DNA from: Escherichia coli | GTDB taxonomy: Bacteria > Pseudomonadota > Gammaproteobacteria > Enterobacterales > Enterobacteriaceae | Length of the DNA stretch: 64,000 nucleotides | Reading direction: 5' to 3' (one strand) | NCBI RefSeq assembly: GCF_044324875.1 | Contig: NZ_CP172185.1 | In this document: one piece after another, positions 46,508 to 56,227 of the stretch | How positions within the stretch are numbered: position 1 is the first letter of the stretch | Layout: every line of letters starts with the position of its first letter | Translations under genes and position numbers: made by a program | Notes under the pieces: generated by a model | Seen by the model: only the letters and a program-made list of their open reading frames with translations | Databases searched by the model: none | Told to the model about the DNA's origin: nothing

Positions 46508-48207
46508 GCCAGAGAATTACTATTGATCCGGTAACCCGTATTGAGGGGCATTTACGCATCGATTGCGAAATCGAAAATGGCGTCGTTTCGAAAGCATGGG
46601 CTTCCGGTACCATGTGGCGCGGCATGGAAGAGATCGTGAAAAACCGCGATCCGCGCGATGCATGGATGATTGTGCAACGTATCTGTGGCGTATGTACTAC
46701 CACTCACGCGCTGTCTTCCGTTCGTGCGGCAGAAAGTGCGCTGAATATCGACGTTCCGGTTAACGCGCAATACATCCGTAACATCATTCTGGCTGCGCAC
46801 ACCACGCATGACCATATCGTTCATTTCTATCAACTTTCGGCGCTGGACTGGGTGGATATCACTTCTGCACTGCAAGCTGACCCAACCAAAGCCTCCGAAA
46901 TGCTGAAAGGCGTTTCGACCTGGCATCTGAACAGTCCGGAAGAGTTCACTAAAGTTCAGAACAAGATCAAAGATCTGGTTGCCAGCGGTCAGTTGGGAAT
47001 TTTCGCCAATGGCTACTGGGGTCACCCGGCGATGAAACTGCCGCCGGAAGTGAACCTGATTGCGGTAGCGCACTACCTGCAGGCGCTGGAGTGCCAGCGT
47101 GACGCTAACCGCGTCGTGGCGCTGCTGGGCGGTAAAACGCCGCACATTCAGAACCTGGCAGTAGGTGGGGTCGCTAACCCGATCAACCTCGACGGTCTGG
47201 GCGTGCTGAATCTTGAGCGTCTGATGTACATCAAGTCCTTCATCGACAAGCTGAGCGACTTTGTTGAGCAGGTTTATAAGGTTGATACCGCGGTTATCGC
47301 CGCGTTCTACCCGGAATGGCTGACGCGCGGTAAAGGTGCGGTGAACTACCTGAGCGTGCCGGAATTCCCGACCGACAGTAAAAACGGCAGCTTCCTGTTC
47401 CCGGGCGGCTACATTGAGAATGCGGATCTGTCCTCGTATCGTCCGATCACTTCTCATTCCGATGAATACCTGATCAAAGGCATTCAGGAAAGCGCGAAGC
47501 ACTCCTGGTATAAAGACGAAGCGCCGCAGGCACCGTGGGAAGGTACCACCATTCCGGCTTATGATGGTTGGTCTGACGACGGTAAATACTCCTGGGTGAA
47601 ATCACCGACTTTCTACGGCAAAACGGTAGAAGTGGGGCCGCTGGCTAACATGCTGGTGAAACTGGCGGCAGGTCGCGAATCTACCCAGAATAAACTGAAT
47701 GAAATCGTTGCGATTTATCAGAAACTGACTGGCAACACGCTGGAAGTGGCGCAGCTGCACTCCACGCTGGGCCGTATTATTGGTCGTACCGTTCACTGCT
47801 GCGAATTGCAGGATATCCTGCAAAATCAATACAGTGCACTGATCACCAATATCGGCAAAGGCGATCACACCACCTTCGTGAAACCGAACATTCCGGCAAC
47901 GGGTGAGTTCAAAGGTGTTGGCTTCCTCGAAGCGCCGCGCGGTATGCTCTCTCACTGGATGGTGATCAAAGACGGTATCATCAGCAACTACCAGGCAGTT
48001 GTTCCATCAACCTGGAACTCTGGCCCGCGTAACTTCAATGATGACGTCGGTCCTTACGAGCAGTCGTTGGTGGGTACACCGGTTGCTGATCCGAATAAAC
48101 CGCTGGAAGTGGTGCGTACCATTCACTCCTTCGATCCGTGCATGGCCTGTGCGGTACACGTAGTGGATGCCGACGGCAACGAAGTGGTTTCAGTGAAGGT
48201 TCTGTAA
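46504..48207 (+). CDS. hybC: Hydrogenase 2 [NiFe] large subunit
   Basis: 567-aa ORF with N-terminal RICGVCTTTH and C-terminal DPCMACAVH nickel-binding motifs. Confidence 0.95.
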   Translation: MSQRITIDPVTRIEGHLRIDCEIENGVVSKAWASGTMWRGMEEIVKNRDPRDAWMIVQRICGVCTTTHALSSVRAAESALNIDVPVNAQYIRNIILAAHTTHDHIVHFYQLSALDWVDITSALQADPTKASEMLKGVSTWHLNSPEEFTKVQNKIKDLVASGQLGIFANGYWGHPAMKLPPEVNLIAVAHYLQALECQRDANRVVALLGGKTPHIQNLAVGGVANPINLDGLGVLNLERLMYIKSFIDKLSDFVEQVYKVDTAVIAAFYPEWLTRGKGAVNYLSVPEFPTDSKNGSFLFPGGYIENADLSSYRPITSHSDEYLIKGIQESAKHSWYKDEAPQAPWEGTTIPAYDGWSDDGKYSWVKSPTFYGKTVEVGPLANMLVKLAAGRESTQNKLNEIVAIYQKLTGNTLEVAQLHSTLGRIIGRTVHCCELQDILQNQYSALITNIGKGDHTTFVKPNIPATGEFKGVGFLEAPRGMLSHWMVIKDGIISNYQAVVPSTWNSGPRNFNDDVGPYEQSLVGTPVADPNKPLEVVRTIHSFDPCMACAVHVVDADGNEVVSVKVL

Positions 48208-48701
48208 TGCGTATTTTAGTCTTAGGGGTTGGCAATATTTTGCTGACCGATGAAGCCATCGGTGTGCGGATTGTCGAAGCGTTAGAGCAACGATATATTC
48301 TGCCGGATTATGTTGAGATCCTCGATGGCGGCACGGCGGGAATGGAGCTGCTTGGCGACATGGCAAATCGCGATCATCTGATCATTGCGGATGCCATTGT
48401 GTCGAAGAAGAGCGCGCCGGGAACGATGATGATCCTGCGGGATGAAGAAGTTCCGGCGTTGTTTACCAACAAAATCTCTCCGCATCAGCTTGGCCTGGCC
48501 GACGTATTGTCGGCCCTGCGCTTCACCGGTGAGTTTCCGAAAAAGCTGACCCTGGTCGGCGTGATCCCGGAATCGCTGGAGCCACACATCGGCTTAACGC
48601 CGACGGTTGAAGCAATGATTGAACCTGCGCTTGAGCAGGTTCTGGCTGCGCTGCGCGAATCAGGCGTGGAAGCCATCCCACGGGAGGCGACTCATGACTG
48701 A
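48207..48701 (+). CDS. hybD: Hydrogenase 2 maturation endopeptidase
   Basis: ORF 48138..48701 trimmed to MRILVLGVGNILLTDE (164 aa); start overlaps the hybC stop (TAATG). Confidence 0.9.
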   Translation: MRILVLGVGNILLTDEAIGVRIVEALEQRYILPDYVEILDGGTAGMELLGDMANRDHLIIADAIVSKKSAPGTMMILRDEEVPALFTNKISPHQLGLADVLSALRFTGEFPKKLTLVGVIPESLEPHIGLTPTVEAMIEPALEQVLAALRESGVEAIPREATHD

Positions 48702-49182
48702 AGAGATAGCAGGTTTCCAGACCTCCCCGAAGGCGCAAGTACAGGCAGCTTTTGAAGAAATTGCCCGGCGTTCGATGCATGATCTCTCTTTTCTGCATCC
48801 TTCAATGCCGGTGTATGTTTCTGACTTTACGCTGTTCGAAGGTCAGTGGACGGGGTGTGTGATCACCCCGTGGATGCTGAGTGCAGTTATCTTCCCCGGC
48901 CCGGATCAACTCTGGCCGCTGCGCAAAGTGAGTGAAAAAATTGGTCTGCAACTGCCGTATGGCACCATGACCTTTACCGTTGGCGAACTGGACGGTGTTT
49001 CGCAATACCTCTCCTGCTCGCTGATGTCGCCGCTTTCGCACAGCATGTCGATTGAAGAGGGCCAACGCCTGACGGATGACTGCGCACGAATGATCCTTTC
49101 GCTGCCAGTCACGAATCCGGATGTACCACACGCAGGGCGTCGCGCCCTGCTGTTTGGCCGCAGGAGTGGCGAAAATGCATGA
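48694..49182 (+). CDS. hybE: Hydrogenase 2-specific chaperone
   Basis: ORF 48619..49182 trimmed to MTEEIAGFQTSPKAQ (162 aa). Confidence 0.85.
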   Translation: MTEEIAGFQTSPKAQVQAAFEEIARRSMHDLSFLHPSMPVYVSDFTLFEGQWTGCVITPWMLSAVIFPGPDQLWPLRKVSEKIGLQLPYGTMTFTVGELDGVSQYLSCSLMSPLSHSMSIEEGQRLTDDCARMILSLPVTNPDVPHAGRRALLFGRRSGENA

Positions 49183-49516
49183 GTTGTCGCTTTGCCAGAG
49201 CGCCGTTGAAATTATCCAACGGCAGGCGGAGCAGCACGATGTTAAGCGCGTCACCGCCGTGTGGCTGGAAATTGGCGCGCTCTCCTGCGTTGAGGAGAGC
49301 GCCGTCCGTTTTAGTTTTGAAATTGTCTGCCACGGAACGGTGGCGCAAGGGTGCGATTTACATATCGTCTATAAACCCGCCCAGGCCTGGTGCTGGGATT
49401 GCAGCCAGGTGGTGGAGATTCATCAGCACGATGCGCAGTGTCCGCTCTGTCATGGCGAGCGGTTGCGTGTCGATACCGGCGATTCGCTGATCGTCAAAAG
49501 TATTGAAGTTGAATAA
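49175..49516 (+). CDS. hybF: Hydrogenase nickel-incorporation protein (HypA-like)
   Basis: ORF 49121..49516 trimmed to MHELSLCQSAVEI (113 aa); zinc-finger CxxC pairs. Confidence 0.9.
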   Translation: MHELSLCQSAVEIIQRQAEQHDVKRVTAVWLEIGALSCVEESAVRFSFEIVCHGTVAQGCDLHIVYKPAQAWCWDCSQVVEIHQHDAQCPLCHGERLRVDTGDSLIVKSIEVE

Positions 49517-49528
49517 CCGGAGTTAACA

Positions 49529-49777
49529 ATGTGTATTGGCGTTCCAGGCCAGGTGCTGGCTGTCGGTGAGGATATTCACCAGCTTGCGCAGGTTGAAGTA
49601 TGTGGTATCAAGCGCGACGTGAATATCGCCCTGATTTGTGAAGGTAACCCTGCCGATCTGCTGGGCCAGTGGGTGCTGGTACACGTCGGATTTGCCATGA
49701 GCATCATCGACGAAGATGAAGCCAAAGCCACATTAGACGCGCTGCGCCAAATGGATTACGACATTACCAGCGCGTGA
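49529..49777 (+). CDS. hybG: Hydrogenase maturation chaperone (HypC-like)
   Basis: 82-aa ORF beginning MCIGVPGQV, the characteristic HypC/HybG N-terminus. Confidence 0.9.
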
Positions 49778-49785
49778 TGATTAAA

Positions 49786-49819
49786 GCCGGATGCGGCGTA
49801 AATGCTTTATCCGGCTACA
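49786..49819. repeat. REP (repetitive extragenic palindromic) element
   Basis: gccggatgcggcgtaaatgctttatccggctaca matches the canonical E. coli REP unit; lies between the hybG and yghU stops. Confidence 0.6.
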
Positions 49820-49846
49820 TAGCGATAAGCCTGCCAATGTTGCGAC

Positions 49847-50713
49847 TTACCCCTGACGCTTATCTTCCGTATTCGTCTCAAAATCACTGGCGTCATGGCG
49901 CTCATGCAACTGCTCGTTCAGCGGCCCGTTGGTGCGGTTAACAATACGCCCACGCTTCACCGCCGGACGTTCGCCCACTTCTTTCGCCCAGCGTTGTACG
50001 TGTTTATAACTTCCCGCATCCAGAAACTCTGCGGCATCATACACGCCGCCTAACACCACGTTGCCAAACCACGGCCAAATCGCCATATCCGCAATGGTGT
50101 ACTCATCGCCCGCAACAAACTTATGCTGCGCCAGTTGCTTATCCAGCACGTCGAGCAGGCGCTTGGCTTCCATGGTAAAGCGATTGATGGCGTACTCAAT
50201 TTTCACCGGCGCGTAATGGTAAAAGTGACCAAAACCACCGCCGAGAAACGGCGCAGCACCCTGTAACCAGAACAACCAGTTCATTGCTTCAGTACGCTTT
50301 GCCAGATCCTGCGGCAGGAAGTAGCCAAATTTCTCCGCCAGATAAAGCAGAATCGATCCAGACTCAAACACGCGGATCGGCGGATTATGCGTATGATCGC
50401 GCAGCGCCGGGATCTTCGAGTTTGGGTTTACTTCGACAAAACCGCTGGAGAATTGATCGCCATCGCCTATGCGTATCAGCCAGGCATCGTACTCTGCGCC
50501 AGTAACGCCCAGCTCCAGCAGCTCCTCAAGCATAATCGTTACTTTCTGACCGTTCGGCGTTCCCAGCGAATAGAGTTGCAGCGGATGTTTGCCCACCGGC
50601 AGCGTTTTTTCATGCGTCGGACCAGAAACCGGGCGATTGATATTGGCGAACGCGCCGCCAGCGGATTTATCCCACGTCCAGACTTTCGCGGGCTGATAAG
50701 TATTGTCTGTCAT
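49847..50713 (-). CDS. yghU: Glutathione S-transferase-like disulfide reductase YghU
   Basis: ORF 49847..50761 trimmed to MTDNTYQPAKVWTWD (288 aa); Nu-class GST-like. Confidence 0.9.
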   Translation of the reverse strand: MTDNTYQPAKVWTWDKSAGGAFANINRPVSGPTHEKTLPVGKHPLQLYSLGTPNGQKVTIMLEELLELGVTGAEYDAWLIRIGDGDQFSSGFVEVNPNSKIPALRDHTHNPPIRVFESGSILLYLAEKFGYFLPQDLAKRTEAMNWLFWLQGAAPFLGGGFGHFYHYAPVKIEYAINRFTMEAKRLLDVLDKQLAQHKFVAGDEYTIADMAIWPWFGNVVLGGVYDAAEFLDAGSYKHVQRWAKEVGERPAVKRGRIVNRTNGPLNEQLHERHDASDFETNTEDKRQG

Positions 50714-50917
50714 AGTGAGTTGCCTTCTCAGTGGTAGTGTTGAAGCAGTGTAGCAGGTCACTTGCTGTACAGAATGTGAATTTTTTAACCCTTTGCGCCA
50801 GCCGCTGCGATGAGGTGTATGATTAGTCTGACCTCTGTCCGGTTAATGTCGCTGAGCAGGTAATCAGAGCACAACAATTACGCCAACTGCTTAGGTTGTA
50901 TTGTTAAAGGTAAAGTG

Positions 50918-52777
50918 ATGAGCAAAGGAACGACCAGCCAGGATGCCCCGTTCGGGACATTATTGGGCTACGCCCCAGGTGGGGTAGCAATCTACTCTTC
51001 AGATTACAGTTCTCTCGATCCGCAGGAATACGAAGATGACGCCGTATTCCGTAGCTATATCGACGACGAATATATGGGCCACAAATGGCAATGCGTTGAA
51101 TTTGCTCGCCGTTTTCTCTTTCTGAATTACGGTGTGGTCTTTACTGACGTGGGTATGGCGTGGGAGATTTTCTCGCTGCGCTTCCTGCGTGAAGTGGTTA
51201 ATGACAACATCCTGCCATTGCAGGCATTTCCTAATGGCTCGCCGCGTGCACCGGTCGCGGGCGCGCTTCTTATCTGGGATAAAGGCGGTGAATTTAAAGA
51301 CACTGGCCATGTCGCCATCATTACCCAATTGCATGGCAACAAAGTCCGTATTGCGGAACAGAACGTGATTCATTCCCCGTTACCGCAAGGGCAACAGTGG
51401 ACACGCGAGCTGGAGATGGTGGTCGAAAACGGCTGCTATACCCTTAAAGACACGTTTGATGACACCACCATTCTGGGCTGGATGATCCAGACGGAAGATA
51501 CTGAATACAGCTTACCGCAGCCGGAAATTGCAGGCGAGCTGCTGAAAATCAGCGGAGCGCGCCTGGAAAACAAAGGTCAGTTTGACGGTAAATGGCTGGA
51601 TGAAAAAGATCCGCTACAAAACGCCTATGTGCAGGCCAACGGTCAGGTGATCAATCAGGATCCGTATCATTACTACACCATTACCGAGAGTGCCGAGCAG
51701 GAGCTGATTAAAGCCACCAACGAACTGCACCTGATGTATCTTCACGCCACCGACAAGGTGCTGAAAGATGACAACCTGCTGGCGCTGTTCGACATTCCGA
51801 AAATCCTTTGGCCACGTTTGCGTCTCTCCTGGCAGCGTCGCCGTCACCATATGATCACCGGTCGTATGGATTTCTGTATGGACGAACGTGGCCTGAAGGT
51901 CTACGAATACAACGCCGATTCCGCCTCCTGTCATACCGAAGCGGGCTTGATCCTCGAACGTTGGGCGGAGCAGGGCTATAAAGGCAACGGCTTCAATCCG
52001 GCGGAAGGGCTGATTAACGAACTGGCCGGTGCCTGGAAACACAGTCGTGCACGTCCGTTTGTCCATATCATGCAGGACAAAGATATCGAGGAAAACTATC
52101 ACGCGCAGTTTATGGAGCAGGCGCTGCACCAGGCGGGCTTTGAAACGCGTATCTTGCGCGGGCTGGATGAACTGGGCTGGGATGCTGCCGGGCAACTGAT
52201 TGATGGGGAAGGGCGACTGGTTAACTGCGTGTGGAAAACCTGGGCGTGGGAAACCGCGTTTGATCAGATTCGTGAAGTTAGCGACCGTGAGTTTGCTGCG
52301 GTGCCGATCCGTACCGGTCATCCGCAAAATGAAGTGCGTCTTATCGACGTATTGCTGCGCCCGGAAGTGCTGGTCTTTGAACCTCTGTGGACAGTGATCC
52401 CCGGCAACAAAGCGATTCTGCCGATCCTCTGGTCGCTGTTCCCGCACCATCGTTACCTGCTGGATACTGATTTCACTGTTAATGATGAACTGGTAAAAAC
52501 AGGTTACGCAGTGAAACCGATCGCCGGTCGCTGTGGCAGTAACATCGACCTCGTCAGCCATCATGAAGAGGTGCTGGACAAAACCAGCGGTAAATTTGCC
52601 GAGCAGAAAAACATCTATCAGCAACTGTGGTGTTTGCCGAAAGTGGACGGTAAATACATTCAGGTATGTACCTTCACCGTTGGCGGCAACTACGGTGGGA
52701 CGTGTTTGCGCGGTGATGAATCACTGGTCATTAAAAAAGAGAGTGATATTGAACCGTTAATTGTGGTGAAAGAGTAA
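50918..52777 (+). CDS. gss: Bifunctional glutathionylspermidine synthetase/amidase
   Basis: ORF 50915..52777 with start taken at MSKGTTSQDAPFG (619 aa); N-terminal CHAP amidase and C-terminal ATP-grasp synthetase. Confidence 0.95.
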   Translation: MSKGTTSQDAPFGTLLGYAPGGVAIYSSDYSSLDPQEYEDDAVFRSYIDDEYMGHKWQCVEFARRFLFLNYGVVFTDVGMAWEIFSLRFLREVVNDNILPLQAFPNGSPRAPVAGALLIWDKGGEFKDTGHVAIITQLHGNKVRIAEQNVIHSPLPQGQQWTRELEMVVENGCYTLKDTFDDTTILGWMIQTEDTEYSLPQPEIAGELLKISGARLENKGQFDGKWLDEKDPLQNAYVQANGQVINQDPYHYYTITESAEQELIKATNELHLMYLHATDKVLKDDNLLALFDIPKILWPRLRLSWQRRRHHMITGRMDFCMDERGLKVYEYNADSASCHTEAGLILERWAEQGYKGNGFNPAEGLINELAGAWKHSRARPFVHIMQDKDIEENYHAQFMEQALHQAGFETRILRGLDELGWDAAGQLIDGEGRLVNCVWKTWAWETAFDQIREVSDREFAAVPIRTGHPQNEVRLIDVLLRPEVLVFEPLWTVIPGNKAILPILWSLFPHHRYLLDTDFTVNDELVKTGYAVKPIAGRCGSNIDLVSHHEEVLDKTSGKFAEQKNIYQQLWCLPKVDGKYIQVCTFTVGGNYGGTCLRGDESLVIKKESDIEPLIVVKE

Positions 52778-52792
52778 TACATGTTGTAGCAA

Positions 52793-52826
52793 CCCTGCAC
52801 TGATTATGAAGAATAATCAGTGCAGG
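52793..52826 (+). terminator. Perfect 15-bp inverted repeat immediately downstream of gss
   Basis: ccctgcactgattat-gaag-ataatcagtgcaggg; the T-tract after it is weak (attaatcaaaat), so terminator function is uncertain. Confidence 0.45.
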
Positions 52827-53068
52827 GATTAATCAAAATATTCAATATTTATATATTCCAATATTTATTCATTTCATATGTGAATGTATTAACCAGTGGA
52901 ATACCTGTGTTTTGATTATTTCTAAAGGTTTTGAATGAATGCTTATTATCTGATACACAAGAAATAACACGCTTTTTATCGTTAAAAAATGATATTTCAC
53001 TTTGCCCACGCCGTTAAAGTCACTGATAATGCGTCCGTTCGTAAATTCAAAATGGCGTAATCTAATAT

Positions 53069-54568
53069 ATGCTAAATTTATTTGTTGGCCTTGATATATA
53101 CACGGGGCTTTTGTTATTACTTGCTCTGGCATTTGTGTTGTTCTACGAAGCAATCAATGGTTTTCATGATACGGCGAATGCGGTGGCAACCGTTATTTAT
53201 ACTCGTGCCATGCAACCACAACTTGCTGTGGTGATGGCGGCATTTTTTAACTTTTTTGGCGTATTGCTAGGCGGACTTAGCGTTGCCTATGCCATTGTCC
53301 ATATGTTGCCAACCGATTTGTTGCTGAATATGGGGTCAACTCACGGCCTGGCGATGGTCTTTTCCATGCTGCTGGCGGCGATTATCTGGAACCTGGGAAC
53401 GTGGTTCTTTGGTTTACCGGCCTCCAGTTCGCATACCTTGATTGGTGCGATTATCGGCATCGGTTTAACCAACGCGCTGTTAACCGGCTCATCGGTGATG
53501 GATGCGTTAAACCTGCGTGAAGTGACCAAAATTTTCTCCTCGCTGATTGTTTCCCCTATCGTCGGCCTGGTCATTGCGGGAGGTCTGATATTCCTGCTGC
53601 GCCGCTACTGGAGCGGGACGAAAAAGCGTGACCGTATTCACCGCATTCCGGAAGATCGCAAAAAGAAAAAAGGCAAACGTAAGCCACCATTCTGGACGCG
53701 TATTGCGCTGATTGTTTCCGCTGCGGGCGTGGCGTTTTCGCACGGCGCGAACGACGGGCAGAAAGGGATCGGCCTGGTGATGCTGGTACTGGTGGGGATT
53801 GCTCCTGCTGGTTTCGTCGTCAATATGAATGCGTCCGGCTATGAAATTACCCGTACCCGCGATGCCGTCACCAACTTTGAACACTATCTGCAACAGCATC
53901 CTGAACTGCCGCAGAAGTTAATTGCGATGGAACCTCCATTGCCTGCGGCATCGACTGATGGCACGCAAGTAACGGAGTTTCATTGTCATCCGGCAAATAC
54001 CTTTGATGCGATTGCGCGCGTTAAAACGATGTTGCCAGGTAATATGGAAAGCTACGAGCCGTTAAGCGTGAGTCAGCGCAGCCAGCTGCGCCGCATTATG
54101 CTGTGCATCTCTGATACCTCTGCGAAGCTGGCGAAACTGCCAGGCGTCAGTAAAGAAGATCAGAACCTGCTGAAAAAACTGCGCAGCGATATGTTAAGCA
54201 CCATTGAGTACGCTCCGGTGTGGATCATCATGGCGGTAGCACTGGCGCTCGGCATTGGTACCATGATTGGCTGGCGTCGTGTAGCGATGACCATCGGTGA
54301 GAAGATTGGTAAGCGCGGCATGACGTATGCGCAAGGGATGGCGGCGCAGATGACGGCGGCGGTATCTATCGGCCTTGCCAGTTATATTGGGATGCCTGTT
54401 TCCACAACACACGTCCTCTCGTCTGCGGTAGCAGGGACGATGGTGGTGGACGGCGGTGGGTTACAGCGTAAAACGGTAACCAGCATCCTGATGGCGTGGG
54501 TGTTTACTTTACCGGCGGCGATTTTTCTGTCTGGTGGGTTGTACTGGATAGCATTGCAGTTGATTTAA
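53069..54568 (+). CDS. pitB: Low-affinity inorganic phosphate transporter (PiT family)
   Basis: 499-aa polytopic membrane ORF with PiT-family motifs (GANDGQKG); preceded by an AT-rich upstream region. Confidence 0.9.
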   Translation: MLNLFVGLDIYTGLLLLLALAFVLFYEAINGFHDTANAVATVIYTRAMQPQLAVVMAAFFNFFGVLLGGLSVAYAIVHMLPTDLLLNMGSTHGLAMVFSMLLAAIIWNLGTWFFGLPASSSHTLIGAIIGIGLTNALLTGSSVMDALNLREVTKIFSSLIVSPIVGLVIAGGLIFLLRRYWSGTKKRDRIHRIPEDRKKKKGKRKPPFWTRIALIVSAAGVAFSHGANDGQKGIGLVMLVLVGIAPAGFVVNMNASGYEITRTRDAVTNFEHYLQQHPELPQKLIAMEPPLPAASTDGTQVTEFHCHPANTFDAIARVKTMLPGNMESYEPLSVSQRSQLRRIMLCISDTSAKLAKLPGVSKEDQNLLKKLRSDMLSTIEYAPVWIIMAVALALGIGTMIGWRRVAMTIGEKIGKRGMTYAQGMAAQMTAAVSIGLASYIGMPVSTTHVLSSAVAGTMVVDGGGLQRKTVTSILMAWVFTLPAAIFLSGGLYWIALQLI

Positions 54569-54577
54569 CCTTCCTGA

Positions 54578-54615
54578 AAATGCCCGGTCCTGGCGATCGG
54601 GCATTTCCATTTTTG
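54578..54615. terminator. Bidirectional terminator between pitB and yghT
   Basis: atgcccg ... cgggcat hairpin followed by ttccattttt. Confidence 0.5.
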
Positions 54616-54616
54616 G

Positions 54617-55309
54617 CTAGTGATAACCACGCGCGGTCATAAAATCCGTAATCGCTTTTTCTGCATCAACCAGCACCTTTTCCAGTGGCTGATTGGCATC
54701 GATATCAACCAGTTGTGCACCACCAAAGGTTAACTGTGGCGTTATTGCAATCTTCCTCGCCAGCGATTCCCGTTTATGGTCGGGTTTACGCGCGCAGGCA
54801 ACTTCAAGGTCAACATTGAGTTTGATGACCAGATCAGGTTTATGGCTCGCCATCCAGTGAAACGCTTTACGTTCCTGGCTTGCCAGCCATGAGACAAACC
54901 GGCCGCCTTCAACGTTAGGCGGGAACACTGTACCATCGTAAGCGCCAGGAATTTGGTCCTGAGGATAACGGTCGGTTAGAACAATTAACCCGCGACGACG
55001 ACAGGCAAGCATATGACGAAAGCGCAGTAAGCGACGGGCGACAAACGCTGTAATTACCAGCGCCGGAACAGGGCCAGGCAATTTTTTTGCTGTTTTCACC
55101 TGATTTCGTTCAATTGTTTTATGTAAGGATTTTCCCATCAACGGTAATTTTGTCACTGCACGACCGACATTTCCGGCCTGTTTTCCTAAATGAACTCTTT
55201 CGGCTGCACCATATTTTTCGACAACGGTAATGAGATGTTCACACACCGTTGACTTGCCTGAACCATCGCTACCAATAACGGCAATTAATGGAGGTGTTAT
55301 TGACTGCAT
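54617..55309 (-). CDS. yghT: P-loop NTPase of unknown function YghT
   Basis: 230-aa ORF with Walker A (GSDGSGKST) and hydrophobic-Asp Walker-B-like LTDRYPQ; paralog of the next two genes. Confidence 0.8.
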   Translation of the reverse strand: MQSITPPLIAVIGSDGSGKSTVCEHLITVVEKYGAAERVHLGKQAGNVGRAVTKLPLMGKSLHKTIERNQVKTAKKLPGPVPALVITAFVARRLLRFRHMLACRRRGLIVLTDRYPQDQIPGAYDGTVFPPNVEGGRFVSWLASQERKAFHWMASHKPDLVIKLNVDLEVACARKPDHKRESLARKIAITPQLTFGGAQLVDIDANQPLEKVLVDAEKAITDFMTARGYH

Positions 55310-55389
55310 GAATATATCCTTTAATTTAAATATCCATTAAAAATATTTATTTGGTTAATATGTTTTTATGAAAGCGTAATTCAGGTCAA

Positions 55390-55414
55390 TGTCACAATTA
55401 ACCATTGTCACAAT
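55390..55414. promoter_or_regulatory. Direct repeat TGTCACAAT x2 in the yghT/yghS divergent promoter region
   Basis: tgtcacaat at about 55390-55398 and 55406-55414 within an AT-rich divergent intergenic region; candidate operator. Confidence 0.3.
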
Positions 55415-55482
55415 AAGGTTGAACGGATATTCTGAGCACGGACCACGTAATATTCAATACATTATTTGCTGCCGGGTTTTTC

Positions 55483-56196
55483 GTGAATCAACGTAATATG
55501 TCAATAATTAATTCCACGCCAGTGCGTGTTATTGCCATTGTAGGATGTGATGGTTCAGGTAAATCGACCCTCACGGCAAGCCTGGTAAATGAACTGGCAG
55601 CAAGAATGCCAACAGAACACATTTATCTCGGGCAATCGTCCGGGCGAATTGGCGAATGGATTTCACAGCTCCCTGTTATTGGCGCACCTTTTGGGCGTTA
55701 TCTGCGAAGTAAAGCGGCACATGTGCACGAAAAGCCCTCAACACCGCCTGGCAATATTACTGCGCTGGTTATCTATCTGCTTTCCTGCTGGCGGGCGTAT
55801 AAGTTTCGCAAAATGTTGTGTAAAAGCCAGCAAGGCTATCTGCTCATCACCGACCGCTACCCGCAGGTTGAAGTGCCGGGTTTTCGCTTTGATGGCCCGC
55901 AATTGGCAAAAACCACGGGCGGTAACGGTTGGATAAAAATGTTAAGGCAGCGCGAGCTGAAGCTGTACCAATGGATGGCGTCTTATTTGCCCGTATTGTT
56001 GATTCGTCTTGGCATTGATGAACAAACGGCGTTTGCGCGTAAACCTGACCACCAACTGGCGGCGTTACAGGAAAAAATCGCCGTTACGCCGCAACTGACA
56101 TTCAATGGCGCAAAGATCCTTGAACTGGATGGTCGGCAACCAGCCGATGAAATTATGCAAGCGTCACTACGCGCAATTCACGCCGCGCTTTCCTGA
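55483..56196 (+). CDS. yghS: P-loop NTPase of unknown function YghS
   Basis: 237-aa ORF with Walker A (GCDGSGKST) and ITDRYPQ; paralog of yghT and yghR. Confidence 0.8.
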   Translation: MNQRNMSIINSTPVRVIAIVGCDGSGKSTLTASLVNELAARMPTEHIYLGQSSGRIGEWISQLPVIGAPFGRYLRSKAAHVHEKPSTPPGNITALVIYLLSCWRAYKFRKMLCKSQQGYLLITDRYPQVEVPGFRFDGPQLAKTTGGNGWIKMLRQRELKLYQWMASYLPVLLIRLGIDEQTAFARKPDHQLAALQEKIAVTPQLTFNGAKILELDGRQPADEIMQASLRAIHAALS

Positions 56197-56227
56197 TCAC
56201 CAAAATGGATAGGGGATGATTTAACGA

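Noticed and set aside
46552-47502. 316-aa minus-strand ORF inside hybC
   Set aside because: Antisense to the hydrogenase large subunit gene; no independent coding signal.
51614-52624. 336-aa minus-strand ORF inside gss
   Set aside because: Antisense to gss; no recognisable domain or start context.
52869-53153. 94-aa minus-strand ORF in the pitB upstream region
   Set aside because: Lies in AT-rich promoter DNA and overlaps the pitB start; the translation is low-complexity.
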